Assembly (NCBI GenBank): GCA_023920165.1
Contig: CP089278.1
Coordinates: 3,224,001 to 3,288,000, forward strand
DNA: 64,000 nucleotides
Source of the DNA: Curvularia clavata
Lineage: Eukaryota
Direction: 5' to 3'
Shown here: positions 38,261 to 50,583 of the stretch, piece by piece
Layout: each line of letters starts with the position of its first letter
How positions within the stretch are numbered: the stretch's first letter is position 1
The notes under the pieces: model-generated
Seen by the model: the letters and a program-made list of their open reading frames with translations, nothing else
What the model was told of the DNA's origin: nothing
The model's database searches: none
Translations under genes and position numbers: made by a program

Positions 38261-39536
38261 CAAGTCCTGCTTGAGATGTCCGCTTGGCGCACCGCTTCTT
38301 CTTGATAGCTTGACGGTCCTATAACTTACTGATATAGACATAGTCGTTAACAGTGTTGGCTTAGACACTGGATTGTGCATTGCCGAGCGCTATGTTGGGT
38401 GTTGCAGAGGTCACGAGGTCACTGCAGCAGCGGATGCGTCAGCGACAAGGTGTCTGCGGTGATGGTCTGCGGCGCAGTGCCTCCTCGACCTCAGCCTGGC
38501 AGCCATGCAGCCAAGCGGGTCGACAATTGGGCGCACGCACGTACTTGGGCCCAGCCGTGGACCTCGCGAGTGACTGGTCAGGCTGCAGTCTGGCAGCCTC
38601 GCTTCTATTCTGTGCTTAACGTTACCTGGTACGCAATGTACTAGACATGCTGCGATTACACAGGGAATCTATACATCGCGATCGACAGGGACAAAGTCAT
38701 CCACTAGGGCAAGTAACTCTATTCTATCTGAATTACAAATGTAAGACCAGCACTTGACTTAAATAGCTGGGCGTCGCTATATCCCACTCACGCCAGTCTT
38801 AATACATAATGTAGCACAAACTACTAAAGGTGTAAAAGACAACGCCTGAATCAGTACGAGATGTTGTATACGAGAGACCTTGTTCGATAGAAAGCTATCT
38901 GCTACTACTTACGCACGGTAAAACATAAACTAGTTAGAGAGGCGTTGCTCTACACCAAACGTTAGTGCTTGTCACCCGAGCAATAGATTCCGGACGCGAT
39001 CGGAGTACCTCGATTCCGCAGACGACCTAAGAACCTATTAAGAAGTAATTCGAAAGGCAGTTAGCCTACTATGAAAGACTTAATTAAATCGAAGGACTTA
39101 TTTATCATAGTATGTTATCCTAAGTAGACTTTGGATTTGCAGATCTAAACTGGTCTAAGCTAACTTCGTTGACCTGTCCCGCCAGCTTACATTGAGCTAC
39201 TGATTAAGAACGCACAAAAATCTCTCCAGTGTAGAATTGAACCAGTCTCCTGCAGTCTGTCAATTGCTTGACAAGCGGTTATACTGACTACTATATCACC
39301 AAGCCTTTATTAAGAGTAAGGTTCTTAAGTAGAAGTAATATAAGACTTCTCGTGTCAAGACTCTAGAGGTTAGTTTTCGCAGATTAAGCAATAGGATGAT
39401 GTAAACAGTGTCTCTACAAGTAAGTTACATATTATACTTGTACTCGTAACTTAAGTGAAACACATTAAGCTATAAGAGTTTCATGCCTATTCCTATATAC
39501 TAAGTAAAAGCTCTATGCCCTACATGTTCTACATTG

Positions 39537-39756
39537 TGTTATGTTGTCCTATATGTGTTATATCATGGGATTGTATAGGATGTGTGGGACACATGTGACA
39601 AATTTCATCATGGCGTTCCGCTAAGGCTGTAGGATGCATGATTACTCATGCGTCATTGGCCGAGTATTGCTGTCTCTTTGAAAGAGGCCTTGATATAGGC
39701 TTCATTACTTCCTTCTTTCATAACTTGCGCTGTCCTCTCTACTCAGGTTCATAACA
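39537..39756. mobile_element. Possible solo LTR (about 220 bp)
   Basis: TGTTATG...CATAACA 7-bp terminal inverted repeat. No TSD found. Confidence 0.35.
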
Positions 39757-39779
39757 GTTTTAAGCTAGTAGAGGGGATA

Positions 39780-40500
39780 CGCTAGAAGTATGGCGTTCTT
39801 AATCAAGATATTGATAAATTTGATAAGACTAACTTCATAATAGGCATCGCTATGTTATTAAACGTAGTTAAAAGCTCTAAAAAGGTTAGTTAGCTAGCTA
39901 TTATAGGACTAGAGAATTATAAGTAGGTAACATTTATTAAGTGTGCCAACGCGTCTAGCTAGTCTCTACTACCATTAGTAACCTTGTCTAGTAAAGTCTA
40001 TCAGAACGTCTAATATCGCGATCTCCTACTTCACTAGACTGTCGGCGTCTCAAACAATGGCTGGACGATAGATAAGCTAGGCTTAGAGTAGGTAAAGCAC
40101 TTCAACTAGCATATAGCTGCTGGTACGGCTGGAGACTATCAGCTTCTCATCCTAGACAGCTATAGTAGCCACGCCACGCCAGAGTTCGACTGGTACTGCG
40201 TTAAGAACAAGATCATTACTCTCTACATGCCGCCCTATACCTCCCATCTTCTCGAGCCTCTATACGTAAGCTGCTACTCTCCTCTTGAGCGCATGTACGG
40301 ACGCGAGATTGGGGGGTTCTCTCGACGAGGTGTCTACTATGTCAATAAGATCGATTTCCCTATAGCCTAGTGACACATAGATCTAGCCAATAATATCTAT
40401 ATAGTCGAACATCTAATTAGGCTTTTAGGCAATAGATCTTATTTCTTCTTATCTAGATCGTGTTCTCTCGTCGCTAACTATCATCTAGGCGCTATCTCTG
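39780..40500 (+). mobile_element. RIPed internal fragment of a pogo/Fot1 transposase
   Basis: Degenerate YGVLNQDIDKFDKTNF, NNGWTIDKLGLE*VKHF, LILDSYSSHATPEF and YMPPYTSHLLEPLYVSCYSPL. Confidence 0.8.
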
Positions 40501-40602
40501 CTGTAGATCTAAGCTAATCAGCTAGCCTACAACAGAATCCGGGTGCTCAGCACCACACCCGGAATCTATGAGCAGCCTATGATCACAAGCTATAAATAAT
40601 AA

Positions 40603-41165
40603 TGTTACGACCAGTCCGGAGAAACCACATATCTCCAGACAAAAGGTTGTCTCCCGACACGCAGTAGTCCTCAGACAAGGACTAGTTGTTAGACTATTAG
40701 CTGGTGTTATGGGCGAGAGAGGCCTGGCTAACGAGTATGCATTTACCTGTTGTACAGAAGAAGAAAGCTAAGGAAAAACAAGATCTATCTACACCGTTCC
40801 TTTTATACTTCTCCTACGAGAGGTAAGATCACGTGGTAAGTGCACGTGATAAGTGCCTCCGTGTGGGTGCTTGGCGGCCGTACGAAGGTAGACCCAAGTC
40901 ATGTGGCTCTCTGTCACATAACCTCCTAGTCAAGTCACGGGCGTAGCCCTTCACAGCTGGTTGTGAGTACAGCACAGGGTCAAATAGAGATAGTCGCAAG
41001 CAAAAAGTCGTATTTTCACGAGACGAATCACTAGAGAGCTTCTCTGGTGATAGCTAGCTATTTATGCCCGTGGCTAGTATCTAGATGAATAAGCCAGAGC
41101 CTGATAGTTAAGCCGTATCGGTCTATACAGGCCTAAATTGGGGCAGTCTGGGCCAGGTCCTGACA
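40603..41165 (-). mobile_element. Probable solo LTR (563 bp)
   Basis: TGTTACGACC...GGTCCTGACA terminal inverted repeat; TATAAAAG box on the minus strand; flanks ATAA/GTAA could be a mutated 4-bp TSD. Confidence 0.6.
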
Positions 41166-41379
41166 GTAATTTATCTAAAGCCCACCTAGGTGCCCTATAC
41201 ACTTCCTCTACCTACTCTCTAAGTGACTTAGCCCTACCCCTACCCACGCCCCAAGCAACCTAGCCCTACCCCTGCTCACCCTTTGGGTGACCTAGCCCTA
41301 CTCTAGCCCTAGTCTTGGCAGCCCCTATCTCTACCCCTACTCACGTTGGGTGCCCCATACCCATTTAACAGTCTGAGTT

Positions 41380-41597
41380 AACTCAAATTGTACTCTCTTA
41401 CAAGTTACCTTACTTAAAAAGATTGATACTTTGTTATTCTATCTTGGTATAGAATCGATTGTCTTGTACTATCGATTAAATATCCATAACTCTTTTCTAT
41501 CAGAATTATCCAGCAATCACACGGCATACTGCTGACCAGCTAGCTCGCACTAATCTAGACCAAGACTTAGAGAAGTATAAGCCAACCCCGTGTAACA
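41380..41597 (-). repeat. LTR-like repeat, copy A (inverted partner at 52453-52660)
   Basis: Reverse complement starts TGTTACACGGGGTTGGCTTATACTTCTCTAAGTC and aligns for about 210 bp with 52453-52660. Confidence 0.75.
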
Positions 41598-42635
41598 CTA
41601 TAGGGATAAGATGCGGACGAGTTTCGGCCGGAACGGGGCAGAGTAAGAAAACTAACTAGGAATATCTCCCATTTAATGAGCGGTCACGCATCTGCATAGG
41701 GCAGCAATTTGCAGTTACGGAGGCCGGTTATGTGGTGGTGCGTTTGCCGCAGAAGTTTGATATGCTGGAATGGATGGGTCTGAATGCAGAGCCTGCCTAC
41801 CGGATGACACTGACCTGCTCTCCTGCTGACGGCGTAAAATTGAGGCTGAGGGAGGCAAAATTATAAAGGCAGCTGTAAAAGCCAGCTTCAAGGTTAGAGA
41901 GAAATAATATCTGAGTCCGTCAGGCCCAGCTTAAAGCTTTAGTAGATTCAAATTGAATAAAGTTTCGCTGTGCGATGAGTGTTAAGATACGAGGATTTGG
42001 CAGGCCTCTCACGTGATTGTTGACTGATAGTTGAGTCAGGCTGATGGTTGAATGCCAGGCAGATGGGACAAGATGATGTATCTGCCTGTTGGGAATCGTG
42101 TATTTAAAAGAGTGCATACCATCTTAGAAGGGTATGCAAGAACTTGACGCACTGCTTCATCATCCAAATCTGACTTGTTAGCATGACATGACCTTGTCTC
42201 CCTCTGCCAGCATAACCTCCGACAATAAGTTTGTTGTGATCGTTGATTGATTCTCTGTCAAGCTAGCTGGTATGCAGGGGTTTCATCCTGGAAGTGGTGC
42301 ACCACGTGACTAATCACAACAGTGTTTTACACTTTCGAGTACCACCACTGGCAGAAGCCCGACTAGACTTAGATGTACAATAGCAAAGTAATTTTCTTAA
42401 AAGAAATTTGTAGGTGCCCTCTACAGATCGTCTTCTTTGCGCCGTCAAAGTCAGGTCTTTATCTCTTTGTTATCTCTTGAGTGAATGACCGGCCTCCAGG
42501 CTTTCCTGTTCGGGCCAGCCCCGCTTAGTCGGCTCCTCCTCCACTATCTCTCGCTCTCTCGGCTCTCAGGTAGCTATGCAGACTGATGCTAGAGAAATAG
42601 AATGCTCTCAAAGGCATGTATCCTGATGAGAGCCT

Positions 42636-43705
42636 TCAAATCTTCGAAGCTGGCTGCATGCCTCTATACGACTCCACCATATCCGTAATCGTCTCCCTCA
42701 ATCCTCTGAAGCTTATGTTGAGCTCCTCTCTCGTCCTCGAATTGTTAACTTCATAGTGCTGATTTCGCGGCCTACTCTCCGGATTCGGAACGTTTTTCGC
42801 CCATTCTGGCGCCACTTCTTTCAAAATAGCACAGATGTCCTGGAAGAGGAAGGATCCACCGACCGGTAGGAAACGTCCTCCAGTTGGGTATTCGAAAGCC
42901 TTCAGATGTGCCTCAGCGACGTCCCGGACGTCACAATATGCTGGCATGGGCGTTGGTGGGACTTCTTTCGTCTGACCGTTCAGCAGATTCCAGATGTCGA
43001 GCGCTGACTGGTTCAAGTTTGCAATCGAATTTGTCTGTGCGATCGGACCATAGATCATGGGCGGATTGATGGTGGCAAGGCTGAAGCTCGGCCTTTCGTT
43101 CTCTATGAAGTCCCATGCGGCTACTTCTGCAAGTTTCTTGGAAGCGCTTCATACTTGGTCAGAATCGCACTGTGCAGGTTTCAATTGCTCATCTCAACTT
43201 ACGCATACTGGAGCGGTTTGATCTTCTCTGCACGTTCTTTCGTTATTAGGTTCCAGTCTTTTTCAGTATAGACGCAGCCCGATTGTGTACTCTTGGAAAA
43301 GTCTTGGACGGCTGCGAACGATGACGTTATCACCACACGCTTGATGTTACCATCCGTCCTTTTCGCAGCACTCTTCAGGATCTCAAGAGTGCCATGCACA
43401 GCAGGAATATACACGTCATCAAATTTCTTGACGTGATAATAGAATGGGGACGCCACATGGACAATGCCGTCAACACCGTCCAGATGACTATCAAAACTTC
43501 CCGGAGCAGTGATATCGGGGACAATCACCAGTTCGAATTTCGATCCCAGCACTCCAAGCCTATTAGCCGCGTTAGAGACTTGGACTGCTGACTTCTGGGT
43601 CCGGACAGAGCCTCGAACGAAATAACCTGCCGAAACAAAGGATTTTAGGATTTGGATACCAACGAATCCTGAGACGCCAGTTATGAGAACTGTTTTAGTA
43701 GCCAT
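42636..43705 (-). CDS. NAD(P)H-dependent aldehyde/ketoreductase (extended SDR, Gre2/dihydroflavonol-reductase-like), one intron
   Basis: VLITGVSGFVG; IVHVASPF; RVVITSSFAAV; YA|ASKKLAE (YxxxK); TINPPMIYGP; YCDVRDVAEAH. Confidence 0.9.
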
Positions 43706-43994
43706 TGAGATACAACAATATGAAAAGGTATTCTGTAAATATTAAGTGGTTTGTACCGAGTTTGACTCTATCCCACCAAGGCACTAAATACGGACTTATG
43801 TGTCCTGTGGCACCATATTTGCTGCGGAGCAGGATGCCATCTGAGCATTTGCCAAGAACCGACAAACTAATCACGAGAATAGCCGAGGAAACCGACGATC
43901 ATTTTTATCGTTGACGAAGCCCTTGCGGCCACACCGAAGAGGGGCGAGATGCTTTCAGGATCAGTCGTCGGGATGATGAGTAAATATCGCGACA

Positions 43995-44087
43995 GTAATA
44001 TCGTTGAGAGCGTCGGCACTCGCCTGCGGCGAATGTCAGCGCAGCTGACTTAGCTGACTAAGTCAGCTACGTAAGTCTCGGCACGGA
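43995..44087. mobile_element. Orphan terminal inverted repeat of a related pogo-like element, abutting the next element at a TA
   Basis: GTAATATCGTTGAGAGCGTCGGCACTCGCCTGCGGCGAATGTCAGCGCAGCTGAC...GGCACGGA, similar to but diverged from the right TIR at about 45995-46082. Confidence 0.75.
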
Positions 44088-44089
44088 TA

Positions 44090-46082
44090 TCCGTGCCAAG
44101 GCGTAGCTTATGACTAAGCTACGTCAGCTGCGCTGACACTCGCCGCAGGCGAGTGCCGACCCTCAATACGATATTACCTTTAATACGATATTTTTTTGTA
44201 ACTCTACTACTTTAATCCTCTTTTATAGCCTCTATAATAGCTTAATTGCAAATTTTAATTAATAATTGTATTGCAGAGATTTTAGAGTCTATTAAGGATA
44301 TTGTAAAGTTAAATTTTAAGTAGCTCGCGCGTGAATATGGTGTTCTATACTAGCGATTACTCGCCTAATCAAAGGGCCGCCTAATATACTCTAAACGCCC
44401 TTCTAGCATATATAAGCTAGCTGAGGTGTAAGACTAAGCGCTGTACAATTATATCGCACGTCTTGATAAACTTGGTGTTTGTGTACAACTGTCTATGATT
44501 GTGTCGTGTGCTAATTATCTTCTTTAATAAGCTTATAATGGTCCTGGTCCTCCACTAACTGTAAGCTCGCGATGGGCAAAATAATGGCTTAAATAGCAGC
44601 CTGAGCTTTACGTATGGCGACAGCGATCTCTTAATCTTAATTGCGTACTTGCGTATAACTTAGACTCTATTATAGAGTGGTTTAACACCTTTATAAGCCT
44701 AATTTAGACGTATGGTATCCCACTATTAGATATCTGGAACTTTGATGAGACGGGCTTTCGCATTGGGATTGGAAAAGACTAGTGGGTTATTACTTTTGAG
44801 CCTCGCCGCCGTATCTATCTACTAACGTCTAATAATTGTATATTATTGACTGTAATTGAGTGTGTTAATGCTGCAGGCTACGCTATTCTACTAATGATTA
44901 TTGTTGAAGGCGACGCGCTTCTTGAGCGCTACTTTACTGATTTGCCTAATAACTATTTAATCGCGTATAGCGATAGTGGCTATATAAACGATTAGTTAAG
45001 TCTTGAGTGGGTAAAGTACTTTGTATAATAGAGCTAGAAGTACACTTAAGGGCTATATCGGCTGCTTTTGTTTAATAGATTTGATTTATACTGTACCTAA
45101 GAGTTTCTAGAAGTCCTTAAAAACTATAATGTTATTGTCTATCGCCTACCTCTATATATATCTCACTTTCTCTAGCCGCTTGATGTAGGCTGTTTCTAGC
45201 CGTATAAGCACTGGCACGCGTAGGCTGTTGATTATGCAATCTGAATAGGCTGTATAGCTTTTAATAAGGTTGAGTTCTTGGCTGCTATTGAGTTAATCCG
45301 CGCCTATATATTTAAGTCCCGTATAATATAAAAAGGCTGGCGGGACTTAGGATTATATCTATTGAATATTAAGCGCGTTAAGAATAATATATAGAGAGAT
45401 TTTGCTGATTGGGATGCTGATTGCTAAGATACTGGCAGTAGTAGTGAAAGTAGTAGTAACGCTATTATAGATAGAACACTACTACTATTAGAGCTAAATA
45501 CGCCTCTAACAATCTGGATATTTAAGCGTAATATTGACTATTGTCTAGAGAATGAGGAGCTTAGCGATAATATAAAACGTACGTTGTTTGGAGCGTATAA
45601 TATGTCTATTGCTAGAGACTAAGTAATTGGTGAACTACGTACTATAACTTTAATTGTATAATTATGGTGATTACGCTAATAAAGGACTTGTATAATTCTT
45701 AAATCTTTAATGGGAGTTATTTACTCTTATTTGGTATAAAAGATAGTTTAAAATAAGCTTGTAGCTGAGTTAAGCTAGCTTATAGTTGAATATTTAAAGA
45801 TGAAGGGTATGCTAGTTATGAAAAAAAAGTGGTATTTCTAAGCTTACTAACTAGTATATAAATAATTATAGTGGGTGTAGGTATTAATGCGTGCTGCAGG
45901 TTTACTAGCGTACGAAAATTAGTACGAAAACTGGCGTGGTTGAGTAGTAATTTGATAGTTTATTAAAGGTAGTTGAAAAAATATTGTATTGAAGGTAATA
46001 TCGTATTGAGGGTCGGCACTCGCCTGCGGCGAGTGTTAGCGCAGCTGACGTAGCTTAGTTATAAGCTACGCCTTGGCACGGA
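44090..46082 (+). mobile_element. pogo-like DNA transposon (1993 bp), RIPed
   Basis: TIRs TCCGTGCCAAGGCGTAGCTTA... and ...TAAGCTACGCCTTGGCACGGA; TA TSDs at 44088-89 and 46083-84. Remnants IWNFDETGFRIGIG and SHFL*PLDVGCF*PYK. Confidence 0.9.
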
Positions 46083-47002
46083 TAGTTATACATTGCGCTT
46101 ATCCGATGACTAAACATCAAATCGCATACCTCGGTTGCGTACATAGAGTTTGTAACGAGATCTATGGCTTACAGGGAGTTCTAACCAGGCGGATCTTCAA
46201 CTTCGCCAACGCGGTCGGATTCTCACTTAATTCGGTGCACATGCTCCCCATTTTAAAAACGCATGGATGTTTTCTTTGTCATCGTGTTTCGTGAACCAAG
46301 CTGCAGGGACGGTATGCTCTAGGTTCTTCCAGTGCACGCTTGTGACATCCGGTAAGGCACCTTTAACTAAAACGATGGCTTTTCGAGAGCGAGATTTTAT
46401 TGGTTTCTGGTGCATCTAGTTAGTCAAATGAGGTAGGAGCCGACTGGTCTGTATGCAATATCTGCATCCACTTCCACAAGAAGAAAAGCATTTATTGTAC
46501 TTGTAGCCCCTGTCAACTAGGAATACGGCCAAAATATGGCTGTATATAACGCCCTCAATATTCATGCAAGAATCGATTCATTTTGCCGACTGCCCTTTAT
46601 CTGTGAGATCGCTATCACACGTCGAATCATGCTTGCTCTTGAATTTGCAGCGAATTTTAATTTTATGAAGTCTCTTAGGCGGCTCTTATGGCGTTTTGGG
46701 AAGATTGTAATACTCAAAACGTGAACTGACTACGGCACAGTCCAGTCTACCCGGCAGTAGCACACAACATCCTTTCGTACGAATGAAACTGCCCCATGTC
46801 AATTTACTCCGCATTAGGGTGCATAGTGTAATCAATTGCCGAGCGTAAGATTACCTTTAAGCCTGGCTATACCGAGGTATATCGCCGCATAAATATGAGG
46901 TGCGAGCACTCCTCAAAGGCATCAAAAGAGAGCAATTGATCGTTCTAAGCCTCTTCTATACCAGCGGGACAACCCCACATTCCTTCCAAACCTCCTCGAA
47001 AA

Positions 47003-47455
47003 ATGCCTGTCTGGCTCGTCCTCCACGGCCCCGCCACCTTTCGTGACGAAGCTTCCCGCGCTGCGTTTGCCAAAGATATCACCTTCCAAATCTACAAGCG
47101 CATCCCACCCTTCTACACCGATGTGGCGTTTATCCCGACGCCCTCTCTCTACGTCGGCGGCGAGAAAAACGACAAAATGGTGCGTATCGTCATCCACGAG
47201 CTGGCAGGGCGCCACCCCTCGGCCGAGGAGCGCGAGGGGTGGCTGAACATTATTGACCGCGCGATAAAGCCCCACATCGCGGACAAGGGCTATGAGTGGA
47301 AATACCATATCGAAGAGCCTGCTAGAGATTTGTGGAAGATTCAGGGGTATGTCCCGCCGCCGTTTGCTACCGGGGCGCAGAAAAAGTGGCATAGCGAGAA
47401 TAAGCCTAGCCCGTATACGAAGCGGGATGGGAGGGTAGAGAAGGCGCTACTCTGA
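47003..47455 (+). CDS. Tautomerase-superfamily protein (cis-CaaD/putative oxalocrotonate tautomerase-like)
   Basis: Begins MP (catalytic Pro-1). Motifs IPPFYTDVAF, YVGGE, IADKGYEWKYHIEEPARDLWKIQGYVPPP are typical of fungal Tautomerase_3 proteins. Single exon, 150 aa. Confidence 0.85.
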   Translation: MPVWLVLHGPATFRDEASRAAFAKDITFQIYKRIPPFYTDVAFIPTPSLYVGGEKNDKMVRIVIHELAGRHPSAEEREGWLNIIDRAIKPHIADKGYEWKYHIEEPARDLWKIQGYVPPPFATGAQKKWHSENKPSPYTKRDGRVEKALL

Positions 47456-48288
47456 GAGGCGAGGAGTTTGAGAGGGCTCTGAATGTCAGTTTTGCAACTG
47501 CGAATAACTATACTCTAGGTCTCGCTTGGTGAAGTCTCAATTGGACCTTTGCCGGTATATAATCCAAGAATGTGCACATTAAAGAGCAGTTGGACAAGAA
47601 AGTAATGCGAGCAGTATTATGTGCCTTGACATGTCTATATACCGTTAATCAAGAAGGTTCACAAGATACTATGTCGTCCGTAGTGACTAAGTATTCGTCT
47701 CTATGGCCTCTCTCGCCCGTAACAATACTGATCTAACTAATGTCGAGAAGCTACTCGAGTGCGCCGGAAATTCTGGCTAGACTGAGATAAATAGGGCGTC
47801 TAGAGCTGCTAACGTTTTAAAACCCTTAGAAAAAAACGTATAACTATAGAATTTTCTGAGGCTATGAAGAAATGTCTAAAGCCTTTCCATCCACAACGCG
47901 ATGTCGAACCACACGAGATGCAGGGTACGTTTAAAGAATGCTAATATAGAGATAGAATTCTGAGTAAGAACTTTGCCGACTTAGACTCTAAGCGCTCTAT
48001 CGCGATATTCACTTTAGACATCTAGGACTGGTATTACCTTTCAGTCTGACAACCGCCTTACTACTATATTAATAAATAACTGGACGTAGTGTGTAAAGGT
48101 TACAGCTATACTAGACATTTATACTATATCTGAATATTCTGTTAGTCTGAACCGTATATGGACATGATACTCTTTCAATATGAGTGTTATCTCGTATCTA
48201 GAAAAACCCCAGCTTGATGTCGTTGACATCCTACGCAAGGGCCATCTTGCACGCATCATGTACAGTGGGGTGACAAAAAGAAAGAGTA

Positions 48289-50150
48289 ACGTACCTCACG
48301 GGTTCGCGGTCCACACGGGTTCGCGGTCCACTTTTGCCAAGACCCCACCAAAATACCTACTACCCACAAATGTTACAACAACAACAGCAGTTACAGCCTT
48401 CTAGTGAATGTCAAATACAGCTTGCTCTTCAAGCTCTCAAACAGGACGCGAATCTCTCAGAACGACGCGCTGCAGCTCTTTATAACGTCTCTCGAACAAC
48501 ACTACGTCAAAGACGCGACGGACGGGATTCACAAGCAGATCGCAGGCCTAAAACAATGAATCTAACTAAGCTTGAGGAGGAGGTGGTTGTTGAGCATATT
48601 CTTGATCTTGGTTCACGTGGATTTCCCCCTAGGCTCGCAGATGTGGCTAATATGGCCAATTCCTTGCGCGCTGAGCGCAATTTGGGCCAGGTTGGCCAAA
48701 ACTGGCCCAGCACATTCGTTAAGCGCCGCCCTGAGCTTAAAGTAAAGTTTAATCGCAAGTATGACTACAAGAGAGCACTCTGTGAGGATCCTAAGGCTAT
48801 TCAAGACTGGTTTGGCCTAGTAGCCAATATGAAAGCCAAGTATGGTATCCAAGATGACGACACGTACAACTTTGACGAGACAGGCTTTATGATGGGCCAG
48901 ATTACCCCTGGAGCAGTTGTTACAGCTTCAGAGAGACGTGGACGGCCAAAGACTATCCAGCCTGGCAATAGAGAGTGGGCGACGGTTATCCAGGGCATCA
49001 ATGCGACCGGGTGGACGATTCCGCCCTTCATCATACTTAAGGCGCGCCACCACCTCTCAAGCTGGTACAAAGATGGAGATATACCCCAGAACTGGGTTAT
49101 TGGAGTCTCTGAGAACGGCTGGACGACCAATGAGCTTGGTCTTGCGTGGCTAAAGCACTTTGATGAGCATACAAAGAAGAAGGTGGTAGGTACCCACCGT
49201 CTACTCTTTATTGACGGCCATGAGAGCCACAACTCGCTGGATTTCCAAAAATACTGCAAAGATAACAAAATTGTTACTCTTTGCATGCCTCCACACTCGT
49301 CTCACCTCTTACAGCCGCTTGATGTGGGCTGTTTTGCCCCTTTAAAGCAGGCCTATGGGCGCCAAGTCGAATCGCTCATGCGCACCCAGATCAACCACAT
49401 CACCAAACAAGAGTTCCTACCTTGCTTTAGGCGGGCTTTTGACGCATCATTTATAGCTAGCAATGTCCAAGGAGGGTTTCGAGGCGCTGGATTGGTCCCA
49501 TTTGACCCAGAACGGGTCATATCCGCCCTTAATGTCCAGTTGCGCACTCCATCACCCCTACCTGTCGATACCCAGCCCTGGCTGTCGCAAACCCCGAGGA
49601 ATACCCTTGAAATAGGGTCGCAATCGACGCTAGTGAAGCAGAGGATTCAGAGGCACCTAGACAGCTCACCAACGTCTATGGTGGAGGCTTTTGAGAAGGT
49701 CTCAAAGGGGGCAGCTATTATCGCGCATAAGCTAGTGTTGGCACAAAAACGGATTAGTGAGCTTGAAGCAGCTAACGCAGCCGCCACGCGACGAAAATCG
49801 CACAAAAGAAAGCGGGTTCAGGCAGAGGGGACCTTAACAGTTGAAGATGGGGCGCGCTTGACTGCTCTCCAGGACTTTGGGGTGCGTAGTGATGGGAAGA
49901 AGTCAAAGAAGCAGAAGCGCGCTGAAGTGGGTGAACCGTCTCAACGGCGGTGTGGACGGTGCAATAGGACTGGGCATAACGCGCGAACGTGTAAGAATGA
50001 AGCAGAAGTAGGCTCTGAATAGTATTTTATGTTTTTTTGCATTAAACTGGCCAAGGTTGGGCTGTATTAGGCCATAATGTGGTGGTTTTGGTGGGGTCTT
50101 GGCAAAAGTGGACCGCGAACCCGTGTGGACCGCGAACCCGTGAGGTACGT
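48289..50150 (+). mobile_element. Molly-like pogo/Fot1 transposon, copy 1 (1862 bp), intact and unRIPed
   Basis: TIR ACGTACCTCACGGGTTCGCGGTCCACACGGGTTCGCGGTCCACTTTTGCCAAGACCCCACCAAAA is perfect at both ends. TA TSDs at 48287-88 and 50151-52. Confidence 0.95.
48370..50022 (+). CDS. pogo/Fot1 transposase (HTH_psq, CENP-B HTH, DDE_1, C-terminal CCHC)
   Basis: ATG 48370 (MLQQQQQLQ); YNFDETGF; FIDGHESH; LLQPLDVGCF; CGRCNRTGHNARTC. Confidence 0.95.
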   Translation: MLQQQQQLQPSSECQIQLALQALKQDANLSERRAAALYNVSRTTLRQRRDGRDSQADRRPKTMNLTKLEEEVVVEHILDLGSRGFPPRLADVANMANSLRAERNLGQVGQNWPSTFVKRRPELKVKFNRKYDYKRALCEDPKAIQDWFGLVANMKAKYGIQDDDTYNFDETGFMMGQITPGAVVTASERRGRPKTIQPGNREWATVIQGINATGWTIPPFIILKARHHLSSWYKDGDIPQNWVIGVSENGWTTNELGLAWLKHFDEHTKKKVVGTHRLLFIDGHESHNSLDFQKYCKDNKIVTLCMPPHSSHLLQPLDVGCFAPLKQAYGRQVESLMRTQINHITKQEFLPCFRRAFDASFIASNVQGGFRGAGLVPFDPERVISALNVQLRTPSPLPVDTQPWLSQTPRNTLEIGSQSTLVKQRIQRHLDSSPTSMVEAFEKVSKGAAIIAHKLVLAQKRISELEAANAAATRRKSHKRKRVQAEGTLTVEDGARLTALQDFGVRSDGKKSKKQKRAEVGEPSQRRCGRCNRTGHNARTCKNEAEVGSE

Positions 50151-50583
50151 TACAAGAAAAAATGGCTAATTTCAAATAGCTATATCTCAGCTTATATAAT
50201 AACTAATAATAAGAAAATTTAATCTTTATATAGAGATTTACTAGATCTTAAAAGCTAGTATTTGAAATACTGCTTACTAAGCATACAGAGTATACTAAAG
50301 AATACTAAAGTAGAGAGAAAAAAAAACGCCAACTTTAAGCTATTTTTTCGCGCTTGTTTTTTGGATTTTATATATATATCTATATATAGAAAGACACTAC
50401 TAGTCTATATATATAATATATATAGTTTTAAGCTATGGTTGTCTATCTAGTTAAGTAGCTATATAAGATTTTAAATTTTGGCACTAGCTTATATAAGCAC
50501 TAGCTTAGTCAGCTATTAGTAATCAACTAGTATATAACTATAACTTTCTATTCCTAGCAACTTAAAACTGTATTCCCTACACG

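Noticed and set aside
41180..41360. AGCCCTACCCC-type repeats as an interstitial telomere or CRISPR-like array
   Set aside because: Not CCCTAA, irregular spacing and no repeat-spacer structure. Probably a degenerate TE-associated low-complexity tract.
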